A DNA stretch of 64,000 nt from IMG/VR virus record IMGVR_UViG_3300037071_003688. One strand, 5' to 3'. The position numbers and the translations under genes were made by a program. Of this stretch, positions 1 to 9,105 are shown piece by piece. Source of the DNA: a virus. The notes below the pieces were generated by a model. That model was not told where the DNA came from and made no database searches. It saw only the letters and a program-made list of their open reading frames with translations. Every line of letters begins with the position of its first letter. The stretch's first letter is position 1.

Positions 1-1
1 A

Positions 2-211
2 TGGGCGAGGAAGAACGCCACCGCCGCGATCCGCACCCCGGAGGTCAAAGAGGAGATCGCCAAGAACGAGGCGAAGAAAGTCCTCGACCCGATCATCCAG
101 GTGGTCGACGGGCGAGCCATTGTGACAGAGACCGGCGAGAAGGTCCCCGGCTTGAAGATCGAACCCGGCGGCGACTACGACTTGGGTCGCTTCTACGCAG
201 CGGAGGCATGA
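2..211 (+). CDS. 3' end of a probable Gam-like (host-nuclease inhibitor type) phage protein, truncated by the window edge
   Basis: Frame 2 reads WARKNATAAIRTPEVKEEIAKNEAKKVLDP...ETGEKVPGLKIEP...EA*. Its TGA (209-211) overlaps the next ATG (208). Resembles Gam/Gp157-type C-termini and precedes a Sak4-like ATPase. Confidence 0.45.
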   Translation, partial: WARKNATAAIRTPEVKEEIAKNEAKKVLDPIIQVVDGRAIVTETGEKVPGLKIEPGGDYDLGRFYAAEA

Positions 212-1434
212 CCATGACCGACACCCCCCACCCGGCCGAAACCGCGCAACCACCGCGCGGCTTCGCGCCCGCAGTGCGCGAACGCCACCATGCGCGCGTC
301 GCCGTCGAGGGACCGAAAGGCGCAGGCAAGTCGCGGCTCGCGTTGCAGTGGGCGCGGATCCTCGCCGGTGACAACCCGATCGCGGCAATCGACACCGAGC
401 ACCGTCGTCTCGCCGCCTACGCTCCCGGGCCGGGTGAGCAGGTCAGCGAGAACCCGAACATGCCGCCGTGGGACTTCTGGCATCACGGCTGGGCCGGTCC
501 ATTCGACCCGGTCGCGCTCGTGCGGAAAGCCGAGGCAGCCGCCGACGCGGTCGGCCCGAGCGGTGTCGTGCTGATCGACTCGCTGACGCCGTTCTGGTCC
601 GGGCGTGGCGGCATCCAGGACATTGTCGACTCGTCACCATCGGGCTGGAAGGTCGGCTCGCCGGTGCATCGCGACATGCTCGACTCGCTGTCGCGGCTGC
701 CGTGCCACTTGATCGTGACGATCCGCTCCAAGACCGAGTACGCGATCGAGGAGAAGGATGTCGGCGGGCGTGTCGTGCCCACCATGCGCCGGATCGGCGG
801 CGCCCCCGATCAACGGTTGGGGATCGACTTCGAGTTCGAGGTGATCGTGACCGTCGACCCCGACCACCGGTTCTCGGTGACCGCGTCGTCGTGCCCGGAC
901 AACCTCACTCTCGCCAGTGCCGAGCCGGGCTACAGCGGCGACGTCGCGCAGGTCTACGCGCAGTGGATCGAGGGCGGCATCGAACGGATCGCCCGCCGCG
1001 ACGTGAACGCGATCCTCGGCCAGTTCGATCTGGTTGATGACCCGCCCGAGCGGACGAAGATGAAGACCGACTTCGTCGCCGCGTTCGGCCCGCCGGACGA
1101 TCTGCTCGCCGACGACGCCGCCGCAGCGTTCGAGTGGGTCAAGGAACGTGTCGACGCCTGGCTGGCGCCACCGGAGATCCGGCCCACCATCACCGAGCCG
1201 ACCGGCCCGGCCGAGCAGCCGACGCTGCCCGACGCCGAAGCGCCAACGGATGAGGAGGTCCCGTTCGTCGGCGACGGACTCGAAGGACGCGACAAGGTGG
1301 ATCTGCTCCACATCGCACGCACGCTCGGCGTCGAGGTCGACGGCCGTTGGGGCGTCTCGCGGATCGCCGCCGCCATCCGCGAGAACCTCCCCGCCGAAGC
1401 CGCCGCAGAGGCCGAGGAACCCAGCGTCGCGTAG
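208..1434 (+). CDS. AAA ATPase, Sak4-like (AAA_24-type) recombination protein
   Basis: Walker A GPKGAGKS, IDTE motif, Walker B VLIDSLT, HLIVTIRSKTEY and EFE motifs. Real start is probably ATG 208 (GGAGG upstream), not position 1. Confidence 0.8.
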   Translation: MTMTDTPHPAETAQPPRGFAPAVRERHHARVAVEGPKGAGKSRLALQWARILAGDNPIAAIDTEHRRLAAYAPGPGEQVSENPNMPPWDFWHHGWAGPFDPVALVRKAEAAADAVGPSGVVLIDSLTPFWSGRGGIQDIVDSSPSGWKVGSPVHRDMLDSLSRLPCHLIVTIRSKTEYAIEEKDVGGRVVPTMRRIGGAPDQRLGIDFEFEVIVTVDPDHRFSVTASSCPDNLTLASAEPGYSGDVAQVYAQWIEGGIERIARRDVNAILGQFDLVDDPPERTKMKTDFVAAFGPPDDLLADDAAAAFEWVKERVDAWLAPPEIRPTITEPTGPAEQPTLPDAEAPTDEEVPFVGDGLEGRDKVDLLHIARTLGVEVDGRWGVSRIAAAIRENLPAEAAAEAEEPSVA

Positions 1435-1450
1435 TAGCGTTCGGCGTCAG

Positions 1451-1879
1451 ATGAAGCGCAGCGGCCTACCCAAGCGACGCACCCCGCTTCCCCGAGCAAC
1501 GGCCCCGTTGAAGTCCCACAAGCCGTGGCCCGACCCGACCAAACCGCGCCGCCCGATCAAACGTCAATCCGACAAGCGACGGGCGGAGCAGCCCGAGCGT
1601 GATCGGGTGCGCGAGGAGACGTTGCGTCGCGCCGGGTACCGCTGCGAACTGGCCGACATCGTCCCGGAGGTCAAGTGCTGGCATCCGGACGGACGCTTCG
1701 CGCTCGATGTCGATGAGAAGGCCGGACGTGGCGTGGCCCCCGGCTCGCATCTCGATGTCACCATCACGCAAGCGGTGTGCCGTGCGCATCACGATTGGAA
1801 GCAGATCAACCGCGACGAGGCCGAAGCTCGTGGCGTTCGGATGTCAGGAGCCGAGTATGAGCGACGACGCACAGCATGA
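1451..1879 (+). CDS. HNH-like nuclease with basic N-terminus
   Basis: MKRSGLPKRRTPL N-terminus; RAGYRCE...C...VCRAHHDW pattern. Confidence 0.6.
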   Translation: MKRSGLPKRRTPLPRATAPLKSHKPWPDPTKPRRPIKRQSDKRRAEQPERDRVREETLRRAGYRCELADIVPEVKCWHPDGRFALDVDEKAGRGVAPGSHLDVTITQAVCRAHHDWKQINRDEAEARGVRMSGAEYERRRTA

Positions 1880-2057
1880 CGAACTGGTGCAAGTCATACG
1901 ACAGGTGTACGTGTCGGACGACTACCCGGCGCTGGCTTCACTCGCGACCGGCGCAGGCCGGTTCCCGCACATGCAAGCCATCAACGAGGCAGCGCGGGCG
2001 TTGAACGAGATCGCCGGTCTCCGCGAGGATCTGGCAGCGGCGCGACGCCATGAGTGA
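1857..2057 (+). CDS. hypothetical protein
   Basis: AGGAG upstream of ATG; overlaps neighbours. Confidence 0.5.
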   Translation: MSDDAQHDELVQVIRQVYVSDDYPALASLATGAGRFPHMQAINEAARALNEIAGLREDLAAARRHE

Positions 2058-2478
2058 CGCGCCGCGTGATCCGATTGCTGAACAGGACGAAGCCGCCCGG
2101 GTGTTCCTCGAACGCACCGGCCGCAAGTCGACCGACCCGGCGCCGCCCGGCATCCTCCACATGCGGATCACCCCGACCGCCGTGTTCGGCCGCTTCCCCG
2201 GCGGCACCGACCCTCGCGCCGCTGTCCATGCCGTGTTCTCCGAGATGTTCGAGGGCACGTTCGAGGAGGTCCCCGCCAGCGGCTACGCCCGCAAGGGCCA
2301 GAGCAAGTACCCGGACGCCATCGAGGCTGACGTGATTGAAGACGACACTGACTCGGAAGAATCGGGTCGCTGGCGGACGGAGGACGCGCCTCCCGATGGG
2401 AAGTGGACCGTGTCCTACGAGATCTGCGCGGAGGATGACCCAGGACCGGATGACCGCGGTGTAACTTCACCCGGGTAA
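2050..2478 (+). CDS. hypothetical protein
   Basis: Coupled ORF with phage-like codon usage. Confidence 0.5.
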   Translation: MSDAPRDPIAEQDEAARVFLERTGRKSTDPAPPGILHMRITPTAVFGRFPGGTDPRAAVHAVFSEMFEGTFEEVPASGYARKGQSKYPDAIEADVIEDDTDSEESGRWRTEDAPPDGKWTVSYEICAEDDPGPDDRGVTSPG

Positions 2479-2528
2479 CTCGGATCCATCTCTACCCGGC
2501 TGACAACGGCGCCTGCGGAAACCTGCGG

Positions 2529-3578
2529 ATGCGCTGGCCCGGCGAACTCGCGCGAGCCGCCGGATACGACGTGACGGTGTTCGAGCCGGGGCCGATGAAC
2601 TCGATGCCGGTGATGGTCGGCCTCGACCATCGAGGAGTCCCGCAGGCGAAGCTGACCGGCGAGATCGACTTCGACGTGGTCGTGTTCCAACGTCCGCTGG
2701 CGTGGCGCAACGTGTTCGCCATCCAACTCCTGCAACGCAACGGGGTGCGCTGCGTGGTCGAACTCGATGACGACCTGGCCTCGGTCCACGCCCAACATGA
2801 CGCGTTCGCCTATCTCAACCCGGCCACCCACCCGGAAGCCAACTCGCAGCACCTCGCGCGTTGCTGTATGCACGCCGACGCCGTGGTGGTCACCACACCG
2901 GCCCTGGCGCGTGCCTACGGGCAGAAACGGGCCGTGGTGGTCGAGAACCACATCCCACGCCGCTACCTCGCCGTAGAGGCCGACAGGGATCCGGATCTGG
3001 TCAGGATCGGTTGGACCGGCAAGATCGGCTCGCACGCCGGTGACCTCAACGTCCTGCAAGGCGCTATGTCGACGGTGCTGCGTTCGGAACCATCAGCGCG
3101 TCTGTGCGTGCTGGGCGACAACACCGGCGTCGACCGGGTGCTCGGCCTGCCGGATCCGCCTGAGCTTGTCGTCGGTGTCGGCATGGACCGCTACCCGTAC
3201 GAGGTCGCCCGCTTCGACATCGGCATCGCACCATTGGCCGACACGATGTTCAACCGCTCGAAGTCGTGGCTCAAACCGCTCGACTACGCCGCCACCGGCG
3301 TCCCGTTCGTGTGCTCCGGAACCGACGAGTACAAACGCTTCACCGCGCAGGGTTGCGGCAACATCGCCGAACGCTCCCGACAATGGGTCAGCGCGCTGCG
3401 CCGCCTCATCCAGTCACCATCGCTGCGCGCCGAGCAAGCCGAAGCGGGACGCGAAGTCGCGGCCCGGTGGGTGATGGAAGACCACGTCGACCGCTACGTC
3501 GAGGCGTGGGCCGGAACTTGTGTCGCCGGGACGCGCGATACTGCTGCACCGATGGCAACGACAGAGAGGACACCATGA
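2529..3578 (+). CDS. glycosyltransferase (GT-B/GT4-like)
   Basis: DVVVFQR, VVELDDDL, ADAVVVTT, IGWTG...H, DIGIAPL..FNRSKSWLK..DYAATGVP motifs. The open frame extends upstream to 2475 (RIHLYPADNGACGNLR) without a canonical start. Confidence 0.85.
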   Translation: MRWPGELARAAGYDVTVFEPGPMNSMPVMVGLDHRGVPQAKLTGEIDFDVVVFQRPLAWRNVFAIQLLQRNGVRCVVELDDDLASVHAQHDAFAYLNPATHPEANSQHLARCCMHADAVVVTTPALARAYGQKRAVVVENHIPRRYLAVEADRDPDLVRIGWTGKIGSHAGDLNVLQGAMSTVLRSEPSARLCVLGDNTGVDRVLGLPDPPELVVGVGMDRYPYEVARFDIGIAPLADTMFNRSKSWLKPLDYAATGVPFVCSGTDEYKRFTAQGCGNIAERSRQWVSALRRLIQSPSLRAEQAEAGREVAARWVMEDHVDRYVEAWAGTCVAGTRDTAAPMATTERTP

Positions 3579-3979
3579 CAGACGAACTGCAACCACCCGA
3601 GGAGGAGTCCGCGTTCATCCGCTGGCTCCGCGAGCACCTCGACGGCGAGATGCTGGCCGAACTCGATGACGGCATCAAAGAGATCGCCGCCGCCACCGCG
3701 ATCAGCGGACGCAAGACGTCGATGACGCTCGACATTGGCATCGACCAGAAGGGTCGGACGTTGGTCGTCAAGGCTGATGTCAAGGTGAAGATCCCGCCGC
3801 CCCCACGCGACCCTGACATCTTCTACGCCGACCGCGACGGCGGTCTGTTCCGTGAGGATCCGACGCGACCGAAGCTCGACTTCTCGAACGTCGTCCAACT
3901 TGCCGAGGAGCCACGCCGGATCGACACCGAGACCGGCGAGATCAAGACCATCAACGACCAGACCGGAGATCCGCAATGA
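3575..3979 (+). CDS. conserved phage protein (YfdP-like partner of DUF2303)
   Basis: GAGAGG RBS; MTLDIGID...KVKIP...IFYADRDGGLFREDP pattern; sits directly before DUF2303. Confidence 0.65.
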   Translation: MTDELQPPEEESAFIRWLREHLDGEMLAELDDGIKEIAAATAISGRKTSMTLDIGIDQKGRTLVVKADVKVKIPPPPRDPDIFYADRDGGLFREDPTRPKLDFSNVVQLAEEPRRIDTETGEIKTINDQTGDPQ

Positions 3980-4812
3980 GCGGCGAAGTACAGGCACTCA
4001 TCAACGCACTCGCCCAGGACGCGGCGGTCGACACACGGCTGCGCGAGCCGGGCGAACTGTCGGAGCGGGCGATCCCGCCCGGCTGGCAGGTGCTCTACAC
4101 CGACAACGAGCGGCTGCTCGACAACCCGCGCCGCGCCCTCGGTGAGGTCAAGGTCCGCTCCGCCAAGGGCTTCATCGACGCCGTCAAGCAACGCTGGCCT
4201 GCGGGCACCCCGGATGATCCGGCGAAGACGGTCACGATCTACGCCGACGACGCCCACCAGACATTGATCGCGATCCTCAACGACGATCTCGGTTCGACGG
4301 CCGGATGGCGTGACCATCGCGTCGCGCTCGACGTGTCCAAGACCGAGGAGTGGAAGCACTGGATGTCACACCAGGGGATGAAGTCGCAGGAAGCATTCGC
4401 GGAGGCGATCGAGTTGGGCCAGTTGGAGATCACCGACCCATCCCCGGCGCTGATGCTGCGCATCGCCGAGACGTTCGAGGCGACGGTCGGCGTGACGTTC
4501 AAGAAAGGCGCCCAGGTCCGCGACGGCGCCCAGCAGTACGTGTACGAGGAGACCATCGACGCCAAGGCTGCCGGTGGCACCGTTGAAGTCCCGGAGGGCT
4601 TCACGATCACCGTGGCGCCGTACATCGGTAGCCCCCGCTACGTCGTCAAGGCCCGACTCAAGACCCGGCTCGTGTCCGGCAAGTTCACCATCGGCTACGT
4701 GTTGGAGCGCCCCGAGGAAGTCGAACGGGCAGCGTTCCGTGACATCGCCACTCAGGTCGCGACCGATCTCAACCTGACAGCGATCGAAGGGGTCGCTCCA
4801 CCCCCGCGGTGA
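3976..4812 (+). CDS. DUF2303 (YfdQ-like) protein
   Basis: GWRDHRVAL...EEWKHW...SQEAFAEAIE...VPEGFTITVAPY..ARL motifs. Confidence 0.8.
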   Translation: MSGEVQALINALAQDAAVDTRLREPGELSERAIPPGWQVLYTDNERLLDNPRRALGEVKVRSAKGFIDAVKQRWPAGTPDDPAKTVTIYADDAHQTLIAILNDDLGSTAGWRDHRVALDVSKTEEWKHWMSHQGMKSQEAFAEAIELGQLEITDPSPALMLRIAETFEATVGVTFKKGAQVRDGAQQYVYEETIDAKAAGGTVEVPEGFTITVAPYIGSPRYVVKARLKTRLVSGKFTIGYVLERPEEVERAAFRDIATQVATDLNLTAIEGVAPPPR

Positions 4813-4815
4813 ATC

Positions 4816-5133
4816 ATGTCGCTGCCTCACCTGCGGGTCTACGACCTCATCACCGAGGCCGACTTCCAACGAGCCACAGTCGAGCGCGCCACGCTCTACG
4901 GATGGTGGGTGTGGCACGACAACGACTCGCGACGTAACGACTCGGGTCTGCCGGATCTCATCATGGTCCGACCGCCCCGGGTTGTGTTCGCCGAACTCAA
5001 GACCGAGAAGGGTCGCGTGTCGGTCGTGCAACGCGCCGTGATCGCGATGCTCAAGGGCTGCCCCGGTGTCGAGGCGTACCTTTGGCGACCATCCGACGAA
5101 CGGGCACTCGACGCCGCGCTCCGACCGGAGTAG
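4816..5133 (+). CDS. VRR-NUC domain nuclease
   Basis: TEADFQ..., GLPDLIMV...FAELKTEKGRVS..Q, LWRPSD. Confidence 0.85.
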   Translation: MSLPHLRVYDLITEADFQRATVERATLYGWWVWHDNDSRRNDSGLPDLIMVRPPRVVFAELKTEKGRVSVVQRAVIAMLKGCPGVEAYLWRPSDERALDAALRPE

Positions 5134-5275
5134 CGTCCAGAGTTCCGTACATGTAAGACCCCCGGCGATCCGCATCAACGCTGCCCTGCAATCTGCGGAC
5201 CCCCGGGGGTCGGTTATCCCTGTTGAAGGATGAGATGAACGATAACAGCAAACGACACGCGTGTCACTTGGCGCC

Positions 5276-6022
5276 ATGAAGATCCGCCGCACCGAGTTCG
5301 CGATGGTCCCGACGTGGGTGATTCTGCACGAGGAGATGCGCGGGCACGGCACGAGGATCGCGACGTACGTCGCGCTCAGGGTGATCGCGTTCGAGTTCCC
5401 CGACTACGAGTGGACGTCGGAGCGAGAGATCGCAGAGTCAGCGGCCCGCGTCGCCGGATGCGGCTCCGAAGCGTGTCGCAAACACATGCGTGCGATGCGT
5501 GCCGCCGGGATCGTGACCGGCGACCACGGCGAGATCGTCCTCCCGCACGACCCGCCTGACCAGGTTGGGGACGCCGGTGGGGACACAGGTCCCCACGTGG
5601 GGACACAGGTACCCAATCGTGGGGACACACGTCCCCAGACACCTCTTATAGAAGACGCGTTAGAAAACCCTCCTCCTACAGAGGAGTCGTTGGGTACGGC
5701 GGGGGCCGATCCGAAGGCCGACGCGAGAGCCGCGGCAACAGGGTTCTTCGACCGCGTCAAGCACGACACCGGCAAGTCGCCGGTCGGGATCAAGTTCATG
5801 GCGCTCGCCAAACTCATCGAACCGTTCCTGCGCGCCGGGTACACCATGCCCGAGGTCAAACGCGCGGTGTGGACCGTGTACACCGAACGGCGACCGTGGT
5901 CGCTCGCGGTGATCGAGCAACACCTCGACGGCCGCATCGCGCCCGGCGCCCGGATCGGCAAGCAACTCGACGCGCTACAGGCCGCGATCAACGCCGAGAA
6001 CTGTCGCCTCGATAGTGCATGA
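5276..6022 (+). CDS. phage replication initiator-like protein (N-terminal wHTH)
   Basis: FAMVPTWVI...TYVAL...EIAE...MRAAGIV N-terminus; internal iterons; helicase-loader-like gene nearby. Confidence 0.65.
   Translation: MKIRRTEFAMVPTWVILHEEMRGHGTRIATYVALRVIAFEFPDYEWTSEREIAESAARVAGCGSEACRKHMRAMRAAGIVTGDHGEIVLPHDPPDQVGDAGGDTGPHVGTQVPNRGDTRPQTPLIEDALENPPPTEESLGTAGADPKADARAAATGFFDRVKHDTGKSPVGIKFMALAKLIEPFLRAGYTMPEVKRAVWTVYTERRPWSLAVIEQHLDGRIAPGARIGKQLDALQAAINAENCRLDSA
5565..5640. repeat. iteron-like repeats, candidate replication origin
   Basis: GTGGGGACAC at 5577, 5597 and 5619, TTGGGGACGC at 5565, inverted GTCCCCA copies, then a locally AT-richer tract (5645-5667). Confidence 0.7.
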
Positions 6023-6030
6023 TGGGCGAC

Positions 6031-6381
6031 ATGCGGACTGTGGTCACCATCGAGATCCCGATCGAGCACCGCTTCGCCGTGGGCGATCTGATCTACCGGA
6101 TGGAGAAGCCGGTCGGCGACGAGATCCCGCCCGCGGAGCAGTTCTCACTGTGGCGCGTGATCGAAGTCGGTTGCTCGCAGCCTCACCATCAGCAAGGCGT
6201 GTACGCGTTGTGGGACGGACCGTGGTACCGGATGGAGCCGGTCAACGAGTTCGCCAAGCTGATCGCGATGGAAGCGCACGGCCGGGTGGCAAAGGCATCG
6301 ACCCCGCTCATCGAGTTGATGGGACCGGTGACCGAACGTGTCCGCACGGTCGACAGGCAGTGTGAACGTCATGTCCGGTGA
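6031..6381 (+). CDS. hypothetical protein (probably leaderless)
   Basis: ATG 7 nt after the class II -10 element CATGAT. Confidence 0.55.
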   Translation: MRTVVTIEIPIEHRFAVGDLIYRMEKPVGDEIPPAEQFSLWRVIEVGCSQPHHQQGVYALWDGPWYRMEPVNEFAKLIAMEAHGRVAKASTPLIELMGPVTERVRTVDRQCERHVR

Positions 6382-6799
6382 TACCCCCCCCGACATGCGG
6401 CCACTCGAACGTCTCCTCGCGTCCCGCGATTACGCGCTCTACCATGCCCGCCGCAGCTACCGGCCGAACCTGATGTTCAGCGGCTCGACGCTGTCGTTCC
6501 GCCCGGACATGATGCGCCGTGTCGCCGCCGAAGCACCGATCCTGACCGAGATCGACCGGTTGAAGCGATGGCAGATCCGGGTCCCCGAGCACTCGTACCA
6601 GACCGACTGCGAGGTGACGTTCGCTCTCGACTTCACGTGGATCTCCGAGACGTGGAACGACGGGCTGGCATGGTCGTTCTTCAACGAGTTCCCGATGTAC
6701 GTGCAATGCACCCTCGACCATCTGCTCGATGACAACCCGTTCTTCGTGCGGCCGTCGATCATCATGTTCCCGCGGCTGATCGACATGACCGTCTCGTGA
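6371..6799 (+). CDS. hypothetical protein
   Basis: Overlapping ORF in the operon. Confidence 0.45.
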   Translation: MSGDTPPDMRPLERLLASRDYALYHARRSYRPNLMFSGSTLSFRPDMMRRVAAEAPILTEIDRLKRWQIRVPEHSYQTDCEVTFALDFTWISETWNDGLAWSFFNEFPMYVQCTLDHLLDDNPFFVRPSIIMFPRLIDMTVS

Positions 6800-7329
6800 A
6801 CAAGGTCGACGCGCTCAAGCTGATCGGCGCCGCGCAGATGCTCTGGCCGTCGTGGCGCGACGCACCATCGACGCAACGCGACGTGGCGTTGATGGCCGAC
6901 GTGTGGCTGACCGTCCTCGAAGACGTCCCCGCCGACCTCGCGTACGCGGCGTTGACGGTGCTCGCCGCCGAGGGCCGCGAGTTCATACCCCCACCCGGTG
7001 TGATCCGCCGCCACGCGATCCTGCTCCGCGCCCGAGCGTCCGGCGATCTCCCGCCCGGCGTCGATGAGGCGTGGCGCGAGGTCCAGACCCGGGTCCGCAA
7101 AGAGGGCCGTCACGGCTGGAACGACGACTGGTCGCATCCGTGTATTGACGAGACCGTGCAAACGATGGGGTGGTGGCAACTCTGCGACGGCGCCAACCAG
7201 GACTCGCTGCGCGCCCACTTCCGCCAGTTCTACACCGAGGCCACGACCCGCCACGAACGCGACCTGGTGCTCTCGGACTCGATGCTCGACGTGATCACGA
7301 CCGCCTCACTGCGTGCCCTCGCGGAATGA
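6796..7329 (+). CDS. replicative helicase loader/inhibitor (G39P-like)
   Basis: VWLTVLEDVP...AAL...FIPPPGVIR...EAWREV...TVQTMGWWQLC...RAHFRQFY pattern; located near the initiator gene. Confidence 0.7.
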   Translation: MNKVDALKLIGAAQMLWPSWRDAPSTQRDVALMADVWLTVLEDVPADLAYAALTVLAAEGREFIPPPGVIRRHAILLRARASGDLPPGVDEAWREVQTRVRKEGRHGWNDDWSHPCIDETVQTMGWWQLCDGANQDSLRAHFRQFYTEATTRHERDLVLSDSMLDVITTASLRALAE

Positions 7330-7354
7330 CGCCACCATCGCGTACTGTTCTCAC

Positions 7355-7738
7355 ATGATCCAACGTTTCCACGCAGAGAACTGGCTCCACGACGAGATCC
7401 CGTGGGGTGGCGTCGTCAAGCTGATCACCGCCCACCCGACCGACAAAGCCCAGTCCGGCACCCTCGGCGAGTACGCGCTGAACAACCCGGCGCTGTACAT
7501 CCGTTGGCAGGAAGGCCCGCTCGTCGCCCCTGACGGATCCCGCTACGAGGCGAACGGCTGCTTCGTGGAGACCGTGATCGAGGCCGCGCTGCAACGCATG
7601 GAGTTCTACCAGGAGACCCGGTTCGCGTGCGAGGAGAACCAGGAGATCATCGACCATCTGCGCAAGGCGATCGCCTGGTGTCAGGAACGAACCGCGCGCC
7701 GCGAGGCCCGCCAAGTGGAAGGAACCAGCCAGGTATGA
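7355..7738 (+). CDS. Tad1/Acb2-like anti-defence (cyclic-nucleotide sponge) protein
   Basis: IRWQEGP...NG...QRMEFYQETRFACEEN...HLRKAIAW..ERTARREARQVEGT follows the Tad1-family pattern as recalled. Confidence 0.65.
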   Translation: MIQRFHAENWLHDEIPWGGVVKLITAHPTDKAQSGTLGEYALNNPALYIRWQEGPLVAPDGSRYEANGCFVETVIEAALQRMEFYQETRFACEENQEIIDHLRKAIAWCQERTARREARQVEGTSQV

Positions 7739-8145
7739 AAGTTCATATCTTTCGACACGTCGCCCCCGACAAGATCGACATCGGCGACGTCGTGTTGTGG
7801 GACAACGACGACCCGATCGAAGTCGAGTCGATCACCCGCACCAAGGACGGCTACGACCTGACGGGCCACTCGCGCCACAAGCCGGGCCTCCGGGCGGTCA
7901 CCATGAAGCCGCGGGACTCACTCATCCGTGTGATCCCGAACCGGAGCGAGGCCGAGAAGATCTTGGCGGAACTCAAGAAAGCTGTCACGGACAGCGACCC
8001 GGCGACGTGGAACGTCGAACTGATCAACGATCTCAAGCCGCTCGTCATCCGCGGCAAGGCGAGCGAGTTGGCCAAGGTCACGACGGCCACCACGGGCGAG
8101 AAGGTCACGGTCGGCGATCCCGTCAACGATGCCCCTGTTTCGTAG
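7735..8145 (+). CDS. hypothetical protein
   Basis: ATGA-coupled ORF. Confidence 0.55.
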   Translation: MKVHIFRHVAPDKIDIGDVVLWDNDDPIEVESITRTKDGYDLTGHSRHKPGLRAVTMKPRDSLIRVIPNRSEAEKILAELKKAVTDSDPATWNVELINDLKPLVIRGKASELAKVTTATTGEKVTVGDPVNDAPVS

Positions 8146-8446
8146 GCGCCCGACCACCATCGAGGCCCGCCAGTTCACCGGCGGTGCCGAGTCGGCGACA
8201 CCGATCATCGACTGGGTGCTCGCCGGTGGCGGCACGGCGACATGGATGGAGGCACACCAGGTCGGGATCGCCCCGTACCGACCCGACGACATCAACGAGA
8301 TCGTCGTGATGGAACGGATCTCGCTGCGCACCCTCGAAGGCACGATCTACGTGTCGGTCGGCGACTGGGTGATCAAGGGGACCGCAGGCGAGTTCTATCC
8401 GTGCAAACCCGAGATCTTCGCTGACGTCTACGAGCCACTCGAATGA
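8129..8446 (+). CDS. widespread small phage protein (TLEG...GDWVIKG..GEFYPCKP family)
   Basis: Characteristic RRPTTIEARQF...RTLEG...GDWVIKGTAGEFYPCKPEIF motif. Confidence 0.75.
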   Translation: MPLFRRRPTTIEARQFTGGAESATPIIDWVLAGGGTATWMEAHQVGIAPYRPDDINEIVVMERISLRTLEGTIYVSVGDWVIKGTAGEFYPCKPEIFADVYEPLE

Positions 8447-9072
8447 GCCACATCCGCGCCATCGGCAACCCGCCACGCCGAGGCAACGCCGAGTTGATCG
8501 CGGATCTCGCCCAACTCGGCTACCTGCCGGAGCCGGTGATCGACGTGACGTACGGCAAGGGCCGCTTCTGGAAGCTGTACCGGCCCGAGAAGCTCGTCAC
8601 GAACGACTTGGATCCGATCTCGGACTCCATGCTCCACCATGACTTCACGAACTTCCCGGCGCCTGACAGACTGTTCGCGACGGTCGTGTTTGACCCGCCG
8701 TACAAGCTGAACGGCACCGCCTCCCAGGGAGGCCCGGCCACCTCGGACGACGACTACGGCGTGGGCGGCGACTACCGCACCCCGGCCGAACGTCACGATC
8801 TGATGCGGCGCGGCATGACCGAAGCCGCCCGGATGGCGCGCGAGTTCGTGATCGTGAAGTGCATGGACCAGGTCGTGTCCGGCCGCATCCACTGGCAGAC
8901 CGACATGATGACCGAGCACGGCCGCACCATCGGCCTCAACAAGATCGACACCCTCCACGTCTACGGTTACCGGACGCAACCAGCAGGCCGACGCCAAGTC
9001 CACGCCCACCGCGACTACTCGACGGCACTCGTGTTCGCCGTCCTCCCCGAACCCCCGCCGCAACTCATTTGA
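8443..9072 (+). CDS. DNA N6-adenine/N4-cytosine methyltransferase-like protein
   Basis: SAM-binding IDVTYGKGRFW followed by catalytic FDPPY, and IVKCMDQV. Confidence 0.8.
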   Translation: MSHIRAIGNPPRRGNAELIADLAQLGYLPEPVIDVTYGKGRFWKLYRPEKLVTNDLDPISDSMLHHDFTNFPAPDRLFATVVFDPPYKLNGTASQGGPATSDDDYGVGGDYRTPAERHDLMRRGMTEAARMAREFVIVKCMDQVVSGRIHWQTDMMTEHGRTIGLNKIDTLHVYGYRTQPAGRRQVHAHRDYSTALVFAVLPEPPPQLI

Positions 9073-9098
9073 CAAACCGTAGTCGGAGCGAGTAGTGT
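9069..9098 (+). promoter_or_regulatory. class I (sigma70-type) promoter
   Basis: TTGACA-18-TAGTGT, ATG 7 nt downstream. Confidence 0.7.
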
Positions 9099-9105
9099 TG
9101 AGGTC

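Noticed and set aside
1-207. N-terminal 69 aa of the 477-aa ORF
   Set aside because: Arg-rich shadow translation; the real upstream gene is in frame 2 and the ATPase starts at 208.
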